Positions 1 to 9,845 of a stretch of 64,000 nucleotides of DNA are shown here, piece after piece. The notes under the pieces were generated by a model that worked only from the letters and a program-made list of their open reading frames with translations, was not told the origin of the DNA and made no database searches. The DNA comes from Pseudomonadota bacterium. GTDB lineage: Bacteria; Myxococcota_A; Polyangia; JAAYKL01. The position numbers and the translations under genes are program-made. Position 1 is the first letter of the stretch. Each line of letters starts with the position of its first letter. Location: NCBI GenBank assembly GCA_023229365.1, contig JALNZK010000014.1:6970-70969 (forward strand). The letters run 5' to 3'.

Positions 1-479
1 CGCGGGAATCCCATATTTACCATCATATACTGCCTGCATAAACCTAATCATTGCAAATTTGGCATTGATTTCGTCATGAGTCCAGATTACATGAAATTTT
101 TCCCTTGTCATCAATGATGCAATCTCGCCGTATATGATAGACTCGTTGATATCTATCTCTATAGATTTCATGTCTCGGATATAAGAGTCAACCGATCCTA
201 TAATTAAAAAAAGTACGATTTTGTCTTCGTGGGTTGCCAGTTTATCAGTTTCGTTGTGGATCCTAGAACGTCCATTTAGTTGTTTTGGACCAAAAATAGA
301 TTCACATAGGTCCCCTATGGTTTTACGTTCTACCAAAACTTCTGCACTCTTCGCATAGTAGTCTCCCGCATCGAGTTTTTCATGGTGAAAAGTTATTGCA
401 GGAAATAAAACACAATACTCGTCAAAAATAGATTTCTTTTCTCTGGTATCAATTATTATCTCAAGAGACATAAAATCAC

Positions 480-764
480 TTATATCTCTTCGTCTCCATA
501 TGTTCCAGTATACCAGGTTATTTCGGTTGCTTCATTCATCCAAGGCATCCACCACCCTTTATTTTTTATGGAGTCTAGCCATTTACCTAAAATATGATTT
601 CCGATGTCGCTAAAGGAGTTAAATGACGCCTCCTCTATGTTTAGTTCGCCATGTTGTTCAACAATGTAATTCGTCACTTCGGAAAACGTAACACGTTCGG
701 TATCTGAAGTAATTTTACTAATTATAGCAATGTAGATTTCATTCATATAATCGCTTCCTGTCAT
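480..764 (-). CDS. small hypothetical protein (94 aa). The track ORF 480..923 is over-extended; the probable start MTGSDY at 764 overlaps the dcd stop as ATGA.
   Basis: The ATG at 764-762 overlaps the TGA of the upstream gene. The only homology claimed is the overlap pattern. Confidence 0.4.
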   Translation of the reverse strand: MTGSDYMNEIYIAIISKITSDTERVTFSEVTNYIVEQHGELNIEEASFNSFSDIGNHILGKWLDSIKNKGWWMPWMNEATEITWYTGTYGDEEI

Positions 765-1312
765 AATTTGTTCCTGTAGTATCTGGACTTTGTTGGGCCT
801 TGTTGACCTTGATACTTTGATCCTGGTTTGTTTCCATACGGAATCTTGCAATGTTCTGTTTTGTGAAAAATTAGTTGGGCAAATGTCATTCCGGATTTTA
901 GTTTTATTGGATACATTCCGCAATTTGATATCTCAAATGTTATGGTACCGGAAAATCCGGCGTCAATCCATCCAGCAGTTTTGTGTACATCTATACCGAG
1001 TCTTGCCAAAGATGACTTCCCAGTAACTTCTGCACAGATGTTATCGGGAAGAGTTATTTTTTCTATTGATGATCCCAAGATGAAATCACCTGGATTTATT
1101 GTTATGTCTGGTGTTGCAAATGGCTTTCCGCAATTTGATATGTCTTGTTGATTGTATGGATCGATTGCGTGAAATGTCGGGCCAAATGTAATGAAACCAT
1201 CGCTCAATCTCAAATCAATAGAGTTTGGATTTACTAAGGATTCATCATATGGACTTATGGATACTAAACCGTCCGATATGTATGATTTGATCTCCCAATC
1301 CACCATTACCAT
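761..1312 (-). CDS. dcd: dCTP deaminase (dCTP deaminase/dUTPase superfamily)
   Basis: Motifs NPNSIDLRL, GKSSLARLG and GWIDAGFSG are typical of Dcd. Length 183 aa. Confidence 0.85.
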   Translation of the reverse strand: MVMVDWEIKSYISDGLVSISPYDESLVNPNSIDLRLSDGFITFGPTFHAIDPYNQQDISNCGKPFATPDITINPGDFILGSSIEKITLPDNICAEVTGKSSLARLGIDVHKTAGWIDAGFSGTITFEISNCGMYPIKLKSGMTFAQLIFHKTEHCKIPYGNKPGSKYQGQQGPTKSRYYRNKL

Positions 1313-1314
1313 GT

Positions 1315-1542
1315 TTAATTTCCATAATCCTTAAAATTAGAAAGAACAAAATCTATGTCGTCCGCGGTAATTCTTTTTCCGTTCTTTTTATCGACTATTT
1401 TTTCTGCGTCTTGTACCAGGTGTTCAACATAAGAGGTTGCCAACTTGGCAAGATGTGTTGCAGTTTCCATACCAATAAGTTTCCCGCATGCATTTTTTCC
1501 TATGCGTCTTGCAGTATATGCTGGAAATATATTATCTACCAT
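1315..1542 (-). CDS. archaeal histone-fold protein (HMf-like singlet, 75 aa)
   Basis: ARRIGKNACGKLIGMETATHLAKLATSYVEHLVQDAEKIVDKKNGKRITADDIDFV matches the archaeal histone fold, including the RxTxxxxD C-terminal element. Confidence 0.8.
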   Translation of the reverse strand: MVDNIFPAYTARRIGKNACGKLIGMETATHLAKLATSYVEHLVQDAEKIVDKKNGKRITADDIDFVLSNFKDYGN

Positions 1543-1569
1543 ACTTAATGATATAACATCGATTTGTAT

Positions 1570-2259
1570 TTAATCTGCTGATGTTTTGTTGCTAATTACC
1601 GGACAGCATATAATATATGAGTCTGTATTTTTGTCTCGTATTCCAATTGCATTAGATCCGTCTTTATGCTTTATGGAAACAATCTCAACAATATTGGTTG
1701 ATATGTTTTTCTTTGATAGTTTAATCAGATAATCTATCATATGCATATCAAACAGTCCTATTTGAGTTATGAGATTATTACCGTCATATCGTATTTCTCG
1801 TATACCTACAGCAGATGCAACATCCGGGGGTATAGATAATTTACCCATAACACGATTTCTAACATATTCCTTTATGTAGGATTCAGATTGGGTATTCATG
1901 GGGCACGTACCGGTATCGTTGGTAAGTTTTCCAATCCAATCATCAGATATCTGCCATATTCGTGTAGATCCTCCAAAAGAAACATTTGTTACACTTACAA
2001 TACACCCCAAATTCTTAAGTTTGTATATCATTCCTCTTGGTAATGCACCGGATAAATAACTGGTTATGAATTTATCACAACCTACTTTGTTAAATATGGT
2101 CAATAGATTATCATATTGTCCTTTTGATAGTTCCCTCAAAATATCACCGCAATGTAAGAGGGTTTGGGACATCCTTGAATAGCCCGGCTTCCTGTGTTGA
2201 ACTACATAATCCACATATTGGATACATTGCCCAGGAGCACCGTGGTTTAATTTCAGCAT
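1570..2259 (-). CDS. hypothetical protein (229 aa). The start may be the internal Met at 2172.
   Basis: Long ORF in a gene-dense minus-strand block. No motif recognised. Confidence 0.45.
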   Translation of the reverse strand: MLKLNHGAPGQCIQYVDYVVQHRKPGYSRMSQTLLHCGDILRELSKGQYDNLLTIFNKVGCDKFITSYLSGALPRGMIYKLKNLGCIVSVTNVSFGGSTRIWQISDDWIGKLTNDTGTCPMNTQSESYIKEYVRNRVMGKLSIPPDVASAVGIREIRYDGNNLITQIGLFDMHMIDYLIKLSKKNISTNIVEIVSIKHKDGSNAIGIRDKNTDSYIICCPVISNKTSAD

Positions 2260-2854
2260 CCGGATTGTTTATTATGGCTTTCATGTCTTGTATCGCGGTT
2301 TCTACTTTTGATGTGTCTGGATAGCCATAGTCCACATACTGTTGTAGTCTTGGATTGATTACCCTGAGTTCAGTTATGTCAATATCCAGGATGTTCTTGA
2401 TGTTATATGCATAAAATTCGAGTTGACGCTTTTCTGATTTACGGTCAAACTTTTTGCTGGTTTTGTATTCTACCAGACGAAACCCACCGTAAAGTAGTGC
2501 ATCGATCCGGTCTATTGTCCCTGTGGTTTCCAGGATGTGGTTTGTAAATTCAAGCTCCGTGACATATGGAAAAAATAGTTCGTCAGAATAAAACCGGTTT
2601 ATTTCGTAATTTATAAAATATGATGCCATCCTGCGTTCTAAAATTCCAAACTCCTGTGGTATGAACTCTGTCCATCTGTCTGGAGAATATTTTAGGATGT
2701 CTACTGCGACAAAAAATTTGTCCGCGAATTCATGGAATCGAGATCCTAAAGTTAGGGCATATGATTTTTTCTGCTCTGTTTTGTCGATGTATTGCTTTTT
2801 GAACTGGAGTGGACAGAACGAATAGGATTCTATGTGAGACTTTCTAATGTACAT
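2144..2854 (-). CDS. Cas4-like PD-(D/E)XK nuclease with a C-terminal 4-Cys cluster
   Basis: N-terminal Cys (SYSFCPLQF), core GTIDRID...VEYKTSK, and C-terminal CSWAMYPICGLC. Confidence 0.8.
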   Translation of the reverse strand: MYIRKSHIESYSFCPLQFKKQYIDKTEQKKSYALTLGSRFHEFADKFFVAVDILKYSPDRWTEFIPQEFGILERRMASYFINYEINRFYSDELFFPYVTELEFTNHILETTGTIDRIDALLYGGFRLVEYKTSKKFDRKSEKRQLEFYAYNIKNILDIDITELRVINPRLQQYVDYGYPDTSKVETAIQDMKAIINNPDAEIKPRCSWAMYPICGLCSSTQEAGLFKDVPNPLTLR

Positions 2855-3083
2855 TTGCTCTCCTTATTTCCTTCTCTACGCACTCTATATATCTGTCTTT
2901 AATCTTCCACTGACCGCATCTATCTGCATGAGCACTTATTTCACCACGTCTTATGCTATCTTCACATATTCCTGATAAGTTGCCTCGATGAATAAATCTG
3001 CTACAAGTTCCGCATTCATCAGTAGAAAACGTGTAGCAATGTTCACCATTATGAGACTCTACTTCAAATGTTATTGGCATCAT
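2844..3083 (-). CDS. small Cys/His-rich protein
   Basis: ORF with CGTCSRFIH...CED...HADRCG. Confidence 0.4.
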   Translation of the reverse strand: MMPITFEVESHNGEHCYTFSTDECGTCSRFIHRGNLSGICEDSIRRGEISAHADRCGQWKIKDRYIECVEKEIRRANVH

Positions 3084-3258
3084 ACACCACGTGTGTTTTG
3101 TCTATTGCATCCCCTATGTTATAGCCTTCCGGTCCTCTTGCACCACATTTGTTGCAATGTGAGTAAAATATGTCTATAATCTGCCCGTTTTTCTTTATGT
3201 ATTCAGATTTTATAACCATAGAGCACCCACAGTATTTACAATCGCTTGGTTTAGACAT
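3064..3258 (-). CDS. Zn-ribbon protein
   Basis: CKYCGC...CNKCG pairs. Confidence 0.45.
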   Translation of the reverse strand: MSKPSDCKYCGCSMVIKSEYIKKNGQIIDIFYSHCNKCGARGPEGYNIGDAIDKTHVVYDANNI

Positions 3259-3271
3259 GATAAAAAAAGAG

Positions 3272-3817
3272 TTATGTGAATTTAACCGTGAATGGAGATT
3301 CGTTCTTAAACATCTCTATTCTCTGGCTTTCCTGTGCTGCATAGACGAATACTGAGATCTGAACTTCCGCTGTCTCCCCTGCGATTCTAAACTTGGAAGG
3401 AATAGCAAAGAATTCGGTGTCGGTGTTATCGCCCTCTTTTATCTGTCCATGACAAATAGCAACCATCTTACTGTTGATATATACCCGAACTACATTGTTC
3501 ACTACCCCATATCCTTTCCCAGATGATTCAATTCTGTAAAACAGTTTTTCGGTTGTTATAGGAATGGTGATTTCGGTTTTTGGATTTGGCTCTCCTGCTT
3601 TTCCAGCCCAAATGCCATTAATTGTAATTGCAAGCCCACCGGTTCCCGTGGTATTTGGCCTTTCTACGGGTGTAGATACTTCGGGTTCATCTGTGGGAAT
3701 GTTTTGTGCCTGGGGTTCTTCCTTGGGTTTTCGTGCATCTTCCATTATGCTTTCACCCGGTGTATTTGTCATAGAGTTTTCGCACTGTGCTTTTGTTTCC
3801 AGAAAGATGTTCGCCAT
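3272..3817 (-). CDS. hypothetical protein (181 aa)
   Basis: ORF. Pro/Glu/Thr-rich N-terminus. No motif. Confidence 0.45.
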   Translation of the reverse strand: MANIFLETKAQCENSMTNTPGESIMEDARKPKEEPQAQNIPTDEPEVSTPVERPNTTGTGGLAITINGIWAGKAGEPNPKTEITIPITTEKLFYRIESSGKGYGVVNNVVRVYINSKMVAICHGQIKEGDNTDTEFFAIPSKFRIAGETAEVQISVFVYAAQESQRIEMFKNESPFTVKFT

Positions 3818-3919
3818 TCGGAAACTCTATCTGGTATCTCTTTTCCTCTACTACAGTCCCAATAATATTCGGGTTGTCATTTATCCCGAATTTATATCCG
3901 TTTTTTTCTTCTAATACTT

Positions 3920-4357
3920 TCATGATGATGCTACTGGTATGCTGACTGTCTCAGCCTGCTGTTCAACTGTTGATTCCTGACTTAAGTCACCATCGGAGAC
4001 CTTAGCCATTTCACGGATAGCACTGTCGATTCCAGTTTTAATATCTTCTTCTGGTGGTAGATAAGCCTTTAGCCACCCGGTGCTCTGGCTGCTTATTGTC
4101 GCTCCATAAACAAACTTTAATATGTTCTCAACATGCTCCTGAAACTTAAACGATGCTTCTACATACTCATCAACATCGTTATATGTCAGTGTTTTGTTGC
4201 CAAGAGAATCGATGCGTGCCTTTTCCACCTGCATTACTGCAAAATCTCTACACGCCTTTCCTACAGACCTGAGCTTTTTGAATAACCCAAGACTGATACC
4301 TCCCAAAACAATCCAGGAACCAATTAGTTCCGGATTGACTGCAAGAGTCTCTATCAT
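3920..4357 (-). CDS. membrane-anchored hypothetical protein
   Basis: Hydrophobic N-terminal segment LIGSWIVLGGISLGLF. Confidence 0.45.
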   Translation of the reverse strand: MIETLAVNPELIGSWIVLGGISLGLFKKLRSVGKACRDFAVMQVEKARIDSLGNKTLTYNDVDEYVEASFKFQEHVENILKFVYGATISSQSTGWLKAYLPPEEDIKTGIDSAIREMAKVSDGDLSQESTVEQQAETVSIPVASS

Positions 4358-4618
4358 AACTATCTATATGATTTGCCCCATAATTATGCTTTTCTTAATA
4401 GATAAGTTGCTTATCTATTTGAAGCAATTAATAAACGGTGCAATAAGAAAGCAAAAGATAAAGAATCCAACTATAATTAAGTAAATGTCTTCCATAATCT
4501 CAATGTGCTCCACAATGCAATAAAATAATCAGAGAAATGATCCAGCTTAAACAGAGACAAAAAGATAATTGTCTGCTGTTTGGTTTTGTGTGGAAATAAC
4601 TATATGACATGGCTGTGC

Positions 4619-4768
4619 TTAAGGTTTATCATTTGTTTTCTTGTATAATATACACATGTCTACCTTCCATTTTTTAGAATTGTCAAGTCCGCATGTTATG
4701 TAGTTTCTTCCATCGATTACAGCGTTGTCTTCGGAGTGTTTACAAGTTTTGCATAACGATTTTATCAT
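4619..4768 (-). CDS. 49-aa Zn-ribbon protein, below the track cutoff
   Basis: MIKSLCKTCKH...ITCG...C. ATGA overlap with the upstream small gene. Confidence 0.3.
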   Translation of the reverse strand: MIKSLCKTCKHSEDNAVIDGRNYITCGLDNSKKWKVDMCILYKKTNDKP

Positions 4769-4917
4769 TTAAACAATCTCAGTCTTATTATCTTTCCGAC
4801 GTGTAAATTTGACTTCCTGCTCTTTAAAAACTGATTAAATATCTGGTCTGACATTGTATTAGATTCAAACTCTCTATTTTCTATGCATGCCAAATAATAT
4901 GAGATGTCTTCGGTCAT
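4765..4917 (-). CDS. 50-aa small protein (MTEDISYY...)
   Basis: ATGA overlaps at both ends (4914-4917 and 4765-4768). Confidence 0.3.
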   Translation of the reverse strand: MTEDISYYLACIENREFESNTMSDQIFNQFLKSRKSNLHVGKIIRLRLFK

Positions 4918-5156
4918 TTAAACCAACCCAAATCAATATCTGAGTTTCTTTCTATAGTTTTTCTGGCTTCACATCCATAATATATTTTAAGCATACATTG
5001 ATCGCATATAGGGAGTCTGATTGATGCTGTGTCTTTGTTTAAAAAGTCAACTAATACTCCATTTATTTTCCCCCCGTAATGATCTGTCCCCACTGTTTCC
5101 CCGCAAATGCCACATGTTATTGTTTCTATCATGTTACCACAATGTCTGTTGTCCAT
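4914..5156 (-). CDS. small Zn-binding protein
   Basis: CGICGE...CDQC. Confidence 0.4.
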   Translation of the reverse strand: MDNRHCGNMIETITCGICGETVGTDHYGGKINGVLVDFLNKDTASIRLPICDQCMLKIYYGCEARKTIERNSDIDLGWFK

Positions 5157-7407
5157 TTACTATATAATCCCATGTGTATCCCAATGCTTCCATATATGAT
5201 TCCATTTTATTTTTTACCAGCTTTTCTGCGTGTGTTGTCCAATCAACCTCACTTTGAATTATTGAGGTATCGAAATCTCCATCTATACAAATCTCTCTGG
5301 GCCACGAGTCACGTTTAAGGAGATAAACAAGACGTGGCTTTACAGAAGGATCAAATATGTGTTGGTATTGAACCTTTGCTACTTCTCTCCCACGATACCA
5401 CGGATCGTCATGTTCAGTATGTATTCCCTTAGGTATAGAGACATCGTATACTGATAACTTTCCGGATTTTATGTCCTTCCAGCGTTGTCTTATGAGAGCC
5501 AGTGCTTTTGGTAGATCATCTTCAATGAATAGTATGTTGAAAAATTCTGTTTGGAGATCTTTTACCGCTTTTGCCTGATCTGATCTTTTGATTTCGACTC
5601 CAACATAACTCATCTTTTTACAGAACCCGTAATCCTGATGCCACAACAACAATCCCACATATTTCTTTTTAGCTGCTTCATTACCTTTTTTTCTCATCTT
5701 GAAGAACAGTGAGTCATGTATTTTTTCGAGCTTTAACGTAAAATCTACAATGGCATTTGTGGCTATGGAGTATGTTTTAAGATCACCATTTAATATATCT
5801 TGAACTTTTAAACCCTCTTCAAGCGTATTTACAGGATTAAACGCTGCTGAGTCCGTGTCGCAATATATTACGTGATATCCAAGCGATTCTATTTTATCCC
5901 GTACTATTTTTGAGATTTCTCTGCCATAGCGAGTGACTGACGCAGCTGTTGCTTCGTTGTATAAACGGAAGCTTTTGGCTCCAAGAACTCCATAGAAGCT
6001 GTTTGCTAGATACTTTAGGACTTGTTCCTGATATTTTAGATTTATATCCTGGCTTGTTTTGTTTATGGTTCTGAGTCTGTCACGCTCTGCTACGATGTGT
6101 TTCAGGATTTTTGGAACTAATTTATCTACATCCGGGGAGATGTCATATGCCATCATAATAGTTGGATATAGGGATTTTAAGTCTACCCAGCCTACGTTTT
6201 TGTGCAGGCCAAACGGCGGGAGAATTACTGTTGCGCCTTCAAATGTACTGTCTGAATTATTTGGAAGTCGTCTTGGCATCGGTTTGATGCCAGATTGCAT
6301 GAGATATGATTCTATGATTTTGCTGTTGTATATGGTGTCTTCAAGTTTGCAGCCTGTAAAATGACGAACTGAATCAAAAAACCGAAACATCTGTGTCTTT
6401 TCTTCAATGATCATCAGGCTGGTGATATCATTTTCACAGTACTGAAGTAGGGTATCCCAGTCATGAGTAGCATACAGGTGTTTTATTTGGGCACCATAGT
6501 CTTTATATGGGAATCCGTATTCGGCCGACACTGTTTTGAGTCCGTTGTCTTCACGTTCCGACTCAGATGATTTTAGTTTTTTAAATCCGTCTAACATGTC
6601 AAAACATTGACGACCCGGAGTTCTTACGATGTATTTTCCGTTTGGCATTAAGTCGCATCGTGCGTCATTTAGCCTGCATAAAGCAGTTGTTCTCATGCCT
6701 ATGACGTTTGCCCTGCGTACGAGATATGGCAAATCAAATTGAAGACAATACCATCCGGTGTAAACATCGGGATCAATCTTTTTGATTAGTTGATAAAAAA
6801 TTTCAAACAGTTCTTTTTCCGACTTTGCAACAATATGATTGGATTTTATTCTGTGATCTATTCCATTTGTGATTATGAATTTCTTTCCGGTGTAACTGTC
6901 GCCAAATTGAATGGTTGCGACCGGATATTTTACAGTTGATGGATTTGGCATGTCCCCGGGATCATTGTCGATTTCGATATCGAAAAACAGGATTCTTGGA
7001 GGAATGTAACCGTCGTACTGCACCGATGATACTGCGCTGTTGCTCTCGATTTTATATGCTTTTTTTAGCTTTTTGTCTGCAATAAATCTCTTTTCAAACA
7101 GAATGTCGCTCTCATCTGTGAAACTAAACTGATCTCGTACTTCTGAGACCCGTCCAGGGAGGTCTGTAAATACCTTGACGACGTTTCTGCCAAAACAATC
7201 GGTTGCGGATTCTCCTCGTCTACATCCATCCAGTTGAGTAATTCTACCTGCTTCATCATATGGAACATAAAAATATGGTTCGAAGTCTTTTATCTTTGTT
7301 ACGGTTGGTTCTCTTGTGGTAGTGTCTCTTCCAAAAACATGCAGGATTGGCTTCCGATTTTTAAAATCTATTTGATATGCTACATCCTGAACAATCGAAA
7401 TAGACAT
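5134..7407 (-). CDS. polB: family B DNA polymerase with 3'-5' proofreading exonuclease
   Basis: ExoI FFDIEID, ExoII YCLQFDLPYL, ExoIII YCENDITSL, pol motif A DLKSLYPTI, motif B KILANSFYGVLG, motif C YCDTDS, and KKKYVG. Confidence 0.95.
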   Translation of the reverse strand: MSISIVQDVAYQIDFKNRKPILHVFGRDTTTREPTVTKIKDFEPYFYVPYDEAGRITQLDGCRRGESATDCFGRNVVKVFTDLPGRVSEVRDQFSFTDESDILFEKRFIADKKLKKAYKIESNSAVSSVQYDGYIPPRILFFDIEIDNDPGDMPNPSTVKYPVATIQFGDSYTGKKFIITNGIDHRIKSNHIVAKSEKELFEIFYQLIKKIDPDVYTGWYCLQFDLPYLVRRANVIGMRTTALCRLNDARCDLMPNGKYIVRTPGRQCFDMLDGFKKLKSSESEREDNGLKTVSAEYGFPYKDYGAQIKHLYATHDWDTLLQYCENDITSLMIIEEKTQMFRFFDSVRHFTGCKLEDTIYNSKIIESYLMQSGIKPMPRRLPNNSDSTFEGATVILPPFGLHKNVGWVDLKSLYPTIMMAYDISPDVDKLVPKILKHIVAERDRLRTINKTSQDINLKYQEQVLKYLANSFYGVLGAKSFRLYNEATAASVTRYGREISKIVRDKIESLGYHVIYCDTDSAAFNPVNTLEEGLKVQDILNGDLKTYSIATNAIVDFTLKLEKIHDSLFFKMRKKGNEAAKKKYVGLLLWHQDYGFCKKMSYVGVEIKRSDQAKAVKDLQTEFFNILFIEDDLPKALALIRQRWKDIKSGKLSVYDVSIPKGIHTEHDDPWYRGREVAKVQYQHIFDPSVKPRLVYLLKRDSWPREICIDGDFDTSIIQSEVDWTTHAEKLVKNKMESYMEALGYTWDYIVNGQQTLW

Positions 7408-7415
7408 GACAAATC

Positions 7416-8267
7416 CTATACAAATTCAAGAGAACTGTATGTTCCCACTTTGTTTTTGACATCTTCCCATGTAGGGTTTATCATGGGTTCGATCTCGGGA
7501 ATATCGCCAAATCTTCCACCTTTGAAGTAAAACCAGTGTTCGTTAAGCCCTGTGATTGGTTCCGGGACTTTTTTAACTTCCATAACAAGATTCAGCCAGA
7601 AATCTGTATTTTTTTGCCATTTTGGCAGATCAAATTTCAGTGGAGTAGATCCATCAAATGCCTGATGGGCTCTAAATGTAATTATGACATGCCATTTGGT
7701 GGCTAAAAGCATCCGTAGCATATCCATATACTTGCGGTTTGCCTTACCCCACTCAGTTTGCATCATCAAATCTTTGCCGGATTTATCTTTTACCTTTTTC
7801 GTCTCTATGGTTTCAAGCCAAAGACTTAGCCATTCCCAGGCATCGGTTCCAGAATCAATTACAATGAATCCGTATTTGCGATCTTCCTCTGGTAATTCTT
7901 CATTGGACAGTATCATGTCGGTTAAAACATCAATTGCCTCTTCGTATAGGGTCAGAGACTTTACCAGATCAACGGTTTTGTTCTTTTTGTCCAGATATTC
8001 CACAGCATTGAACAATCTTATTCTGTCTTGGACTTCCTGAGGCCAAGTTGATACATTTATGTGGAAATCACCTTCTGTATCTATTGCCCAGACATAACCC
8101 GGGAGATTATGACTGATAAGATATTGTGCAGACGATATGCAAAAATGAGTTTTGCCTTGTTTTGCCCTGGAATATACCGCAATTCGAATTGTTGCTTTCT
8201 GATGGCTTATAGGTTTAAAATAGTCGTCCACTGATTTTTTGGTTTTAATTGTGCTACCAAATGCCAT
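7416..8267 (-). CDS. P-loop RecA-like / AAA_24 (Sak4-like) ATPase. The track ORF extends to 8330; the probable start is MAFGST.
   Basis: Walker A SRAKQGKT, then AIDTEGDF, and Walker B-like FIVIDSGTD. Sits immediately upstream of polB. Confidence 0.55.
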   Translation of the reverse strand: MAFGSTIKTKKSVDDYFKPISHQKATIRIAVYSRAKQGKTHFCISSAQYLISHNLPGYVWAIDTEGDFHINVSTWPQEVQDRIRLFNAVEYLDKKNKTVDLVKSLTLYEEAIDVLTDMILSNEELPEEDRKYGFIVIDSGTDAWEWLSLWLETIETKKVKDKSGKDLMMQTEWGKANRKYMDMLRMLLATKWHVIITFRAHQAFDGSTPLKFDLPKWQKNTDFWLNLVMEVKKVPEPITGLNEHWFYFKGGRFGDIPEIEPMINPTWEDVKNKVGTYSSLEFV

Positions 8268-8460
8268 GATTATATTCCCAATTTTTCTGCTGCGTCTTGT
8301 GCAAATTTCACTGCACAATCTTTGCTGCATACATCTGCGTAATCTGATTTATCACCATAATTCGCAATCATATGAAGCGCAAATGGCTTTTCCTGTGTTT
8401 TATTGCAGACATCACATGTATAAATAGTATGTTTTGACATAATGTTCACCTAAAAAATAG

Positions 8461-8769
8461 TTATGCAGTTGTGTCTTCTGGTTTGGAAGGCGGCAATTGC
8501 TGCTTTTTTGAAGACTTATGGATATCGGTGGGTATGTCTGTTGACTTTGAATTCTCCAGTCTTCCGGTTGGTGTTGAGTTTGGCTTGGCGTATTCTTTGG
8601 GATCTTGCACTTCTCGTAATCCATCAGGACGCTTCTCCCATTTCCTACACCAGGAATTTGGTTTTTTGTAGATAGACTCGGGATTTATGCAGCAATTTGA
8701 TGTTTCTTCATCGTAATTCCCACAATCAATGCATGTTCCGAGTCTAAGATCATTCTTGAATGTTTTCAT
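8461..8769 (-). CDS. Cys-rich small protein with a disordered C-terminus
   Basis: CIDCGN...CC...C. Confidence 0.45.
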   Translation of the reverse strand: MKTFKNDLRLGTCIDCGNYDEETSNCCINPESIYKKPNSWCRKWEKRPDGLREVQDPKEYAKPNSTPTGRLENSKSTDIPTDIHKSSKKQQLPPSKPEDTTA

Positions 8770-8779
8770 GTTCGCCTCG

Positions 8780-9781
8780 TTAGATTTCTATGTCGTCAAT
8801 TGCAGTCAATGCACCAGACAACTCACTGCTTGATGGATTCAATAACACACCGAGTAAATTTATGTTCTGGTTTTCATTCCCATCTCTGCCCTTATACTTG
8901 TTTACGGTCCCGAACATGATTACTTCAGAACCACGTGGGATGTTTTCGGATTGTTCCTTGATTACTTCATTAGAGACGTCTGCAAACCCTACAATATCAT
9001 CTGCAAGACCAATGTCGGTAATTCCCACCATTACTCCACCTGCACCGTCCTTTGTGACTTTTATTGATGTTACCTTACCAATTACCGCCACGAGTGTTCC
9101 GGGATCATTGTCAAACACCGATTCAATCGGAACCGACATATCTGAGTTACTCAGGATATCGTAAGTTGTGTTCCAAAGCTCTTGCGGATCGGATGTTCCT
9201 TTTGGTTCCCATCCTTCTTTGTATATGAATGCCTTTGTGAGTTTTCCGTCATCGGTCTTGTTAATCTTCCCGGTCATTATACCGTTGTCGCCGGCGTTTG
9301 CATCAAGCTTGCCGTTGAATGGAACACAGAATACATCACCACTTTTGTCCTCGATTAATAAGATGCCTTCGCGCTTGAGCTCCTCTTCAATGTCCTTCCT
9401 AAAATTTGGGTTCTTCTGTGTTTTCTTAGCGTCAAAGAATTCCTTGGAGTAGATTGGAATAGGCTGTCTATTTTCATCTAATCTTACCAGTCCTTCCGTA
9501 AGAGCAAGTTGCGGGTTTTCTGCATATTTGTTCAGAGCGTGCTTTTTGGATGGAAAGTTCACATCTCGATATGAGGTTATGGATACAATTACTGCCTTTG
9601 CTTTTTCTCCACCGGATCTTTTCGCCAAGCTGATTTTCATGTAAAGAATTTTTTCAATTTCTTCTGGAGTTTTTCCTGGACTTCGTTCTGCAATTTGCTT
9701 TCGTATGCTGTCTACTGCTGCTTTTGCATCTTCAGCAGGTATTCCCTTTATTTTTGCGTAGAGCTCTTCGCTTGATGTCAT
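8780..9781 (-). CDS. putative RPA-like OB-fold ssDNA-binding protein
   Basis: C-terminal OB-fold-like pattern GTLVAVIGKVTSIKV...GVMVGITD...GSEVIMFGTV. Located in the replication cluster. The function is inferred. Confidence 0.4.
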   Translation of the reverse strand: MTSSEELYAKIKGIPAEDAKAAVDSIRKQIAERSPGKTPEEIEKILYMKISLAKRSGGEKAKAVIVSITSYRDVNFPSKKHALNKYAENPQLALTEGLVRLDENRQPIPIYSKEFFDAKKTQKNPNFRKDIEEELKREGILLIEDKSGDVFCVPFNGKLDANAGDNGIMTGKINKTDDGKLTKAFIYKEGWEPKGTSDPQELWNTTYDILSNSDMSVPIESVFDNDPGTLVAVIGKVTSIKVTKDGAGGVMVGITDIGLADDIVGFADVSNEVIKEQSENIPRGSEVIMFGTVNKYKGRDGNENQNINLLGVLLNPSSSELSGALTAIDDIEI

Positions 9782-9845
9782 GTTCTATCTCTGTTATTTT
9801 GTACAAAATGCCTCAAGACATGTTATCTATCATTGGCCGATTTAT

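Noticed and set aside
480-923. Track ORF 480..923 (147 aa) overlapping dcd by 160 nt
   Set aside because: The in-frame Met at 764 forms an ATGA overlap with the dcd stop, so the longer N-terminal extension is most likely not translated.
790-1151. Plus-strand ORFs 790..1026 and 942..1151
   Set aside because: They lie inside and antisense to the well-supported dcd gene.
6059-6364. Plus-strand ORF inside polB
   Set aside because: Antisense to polB with no independent support.
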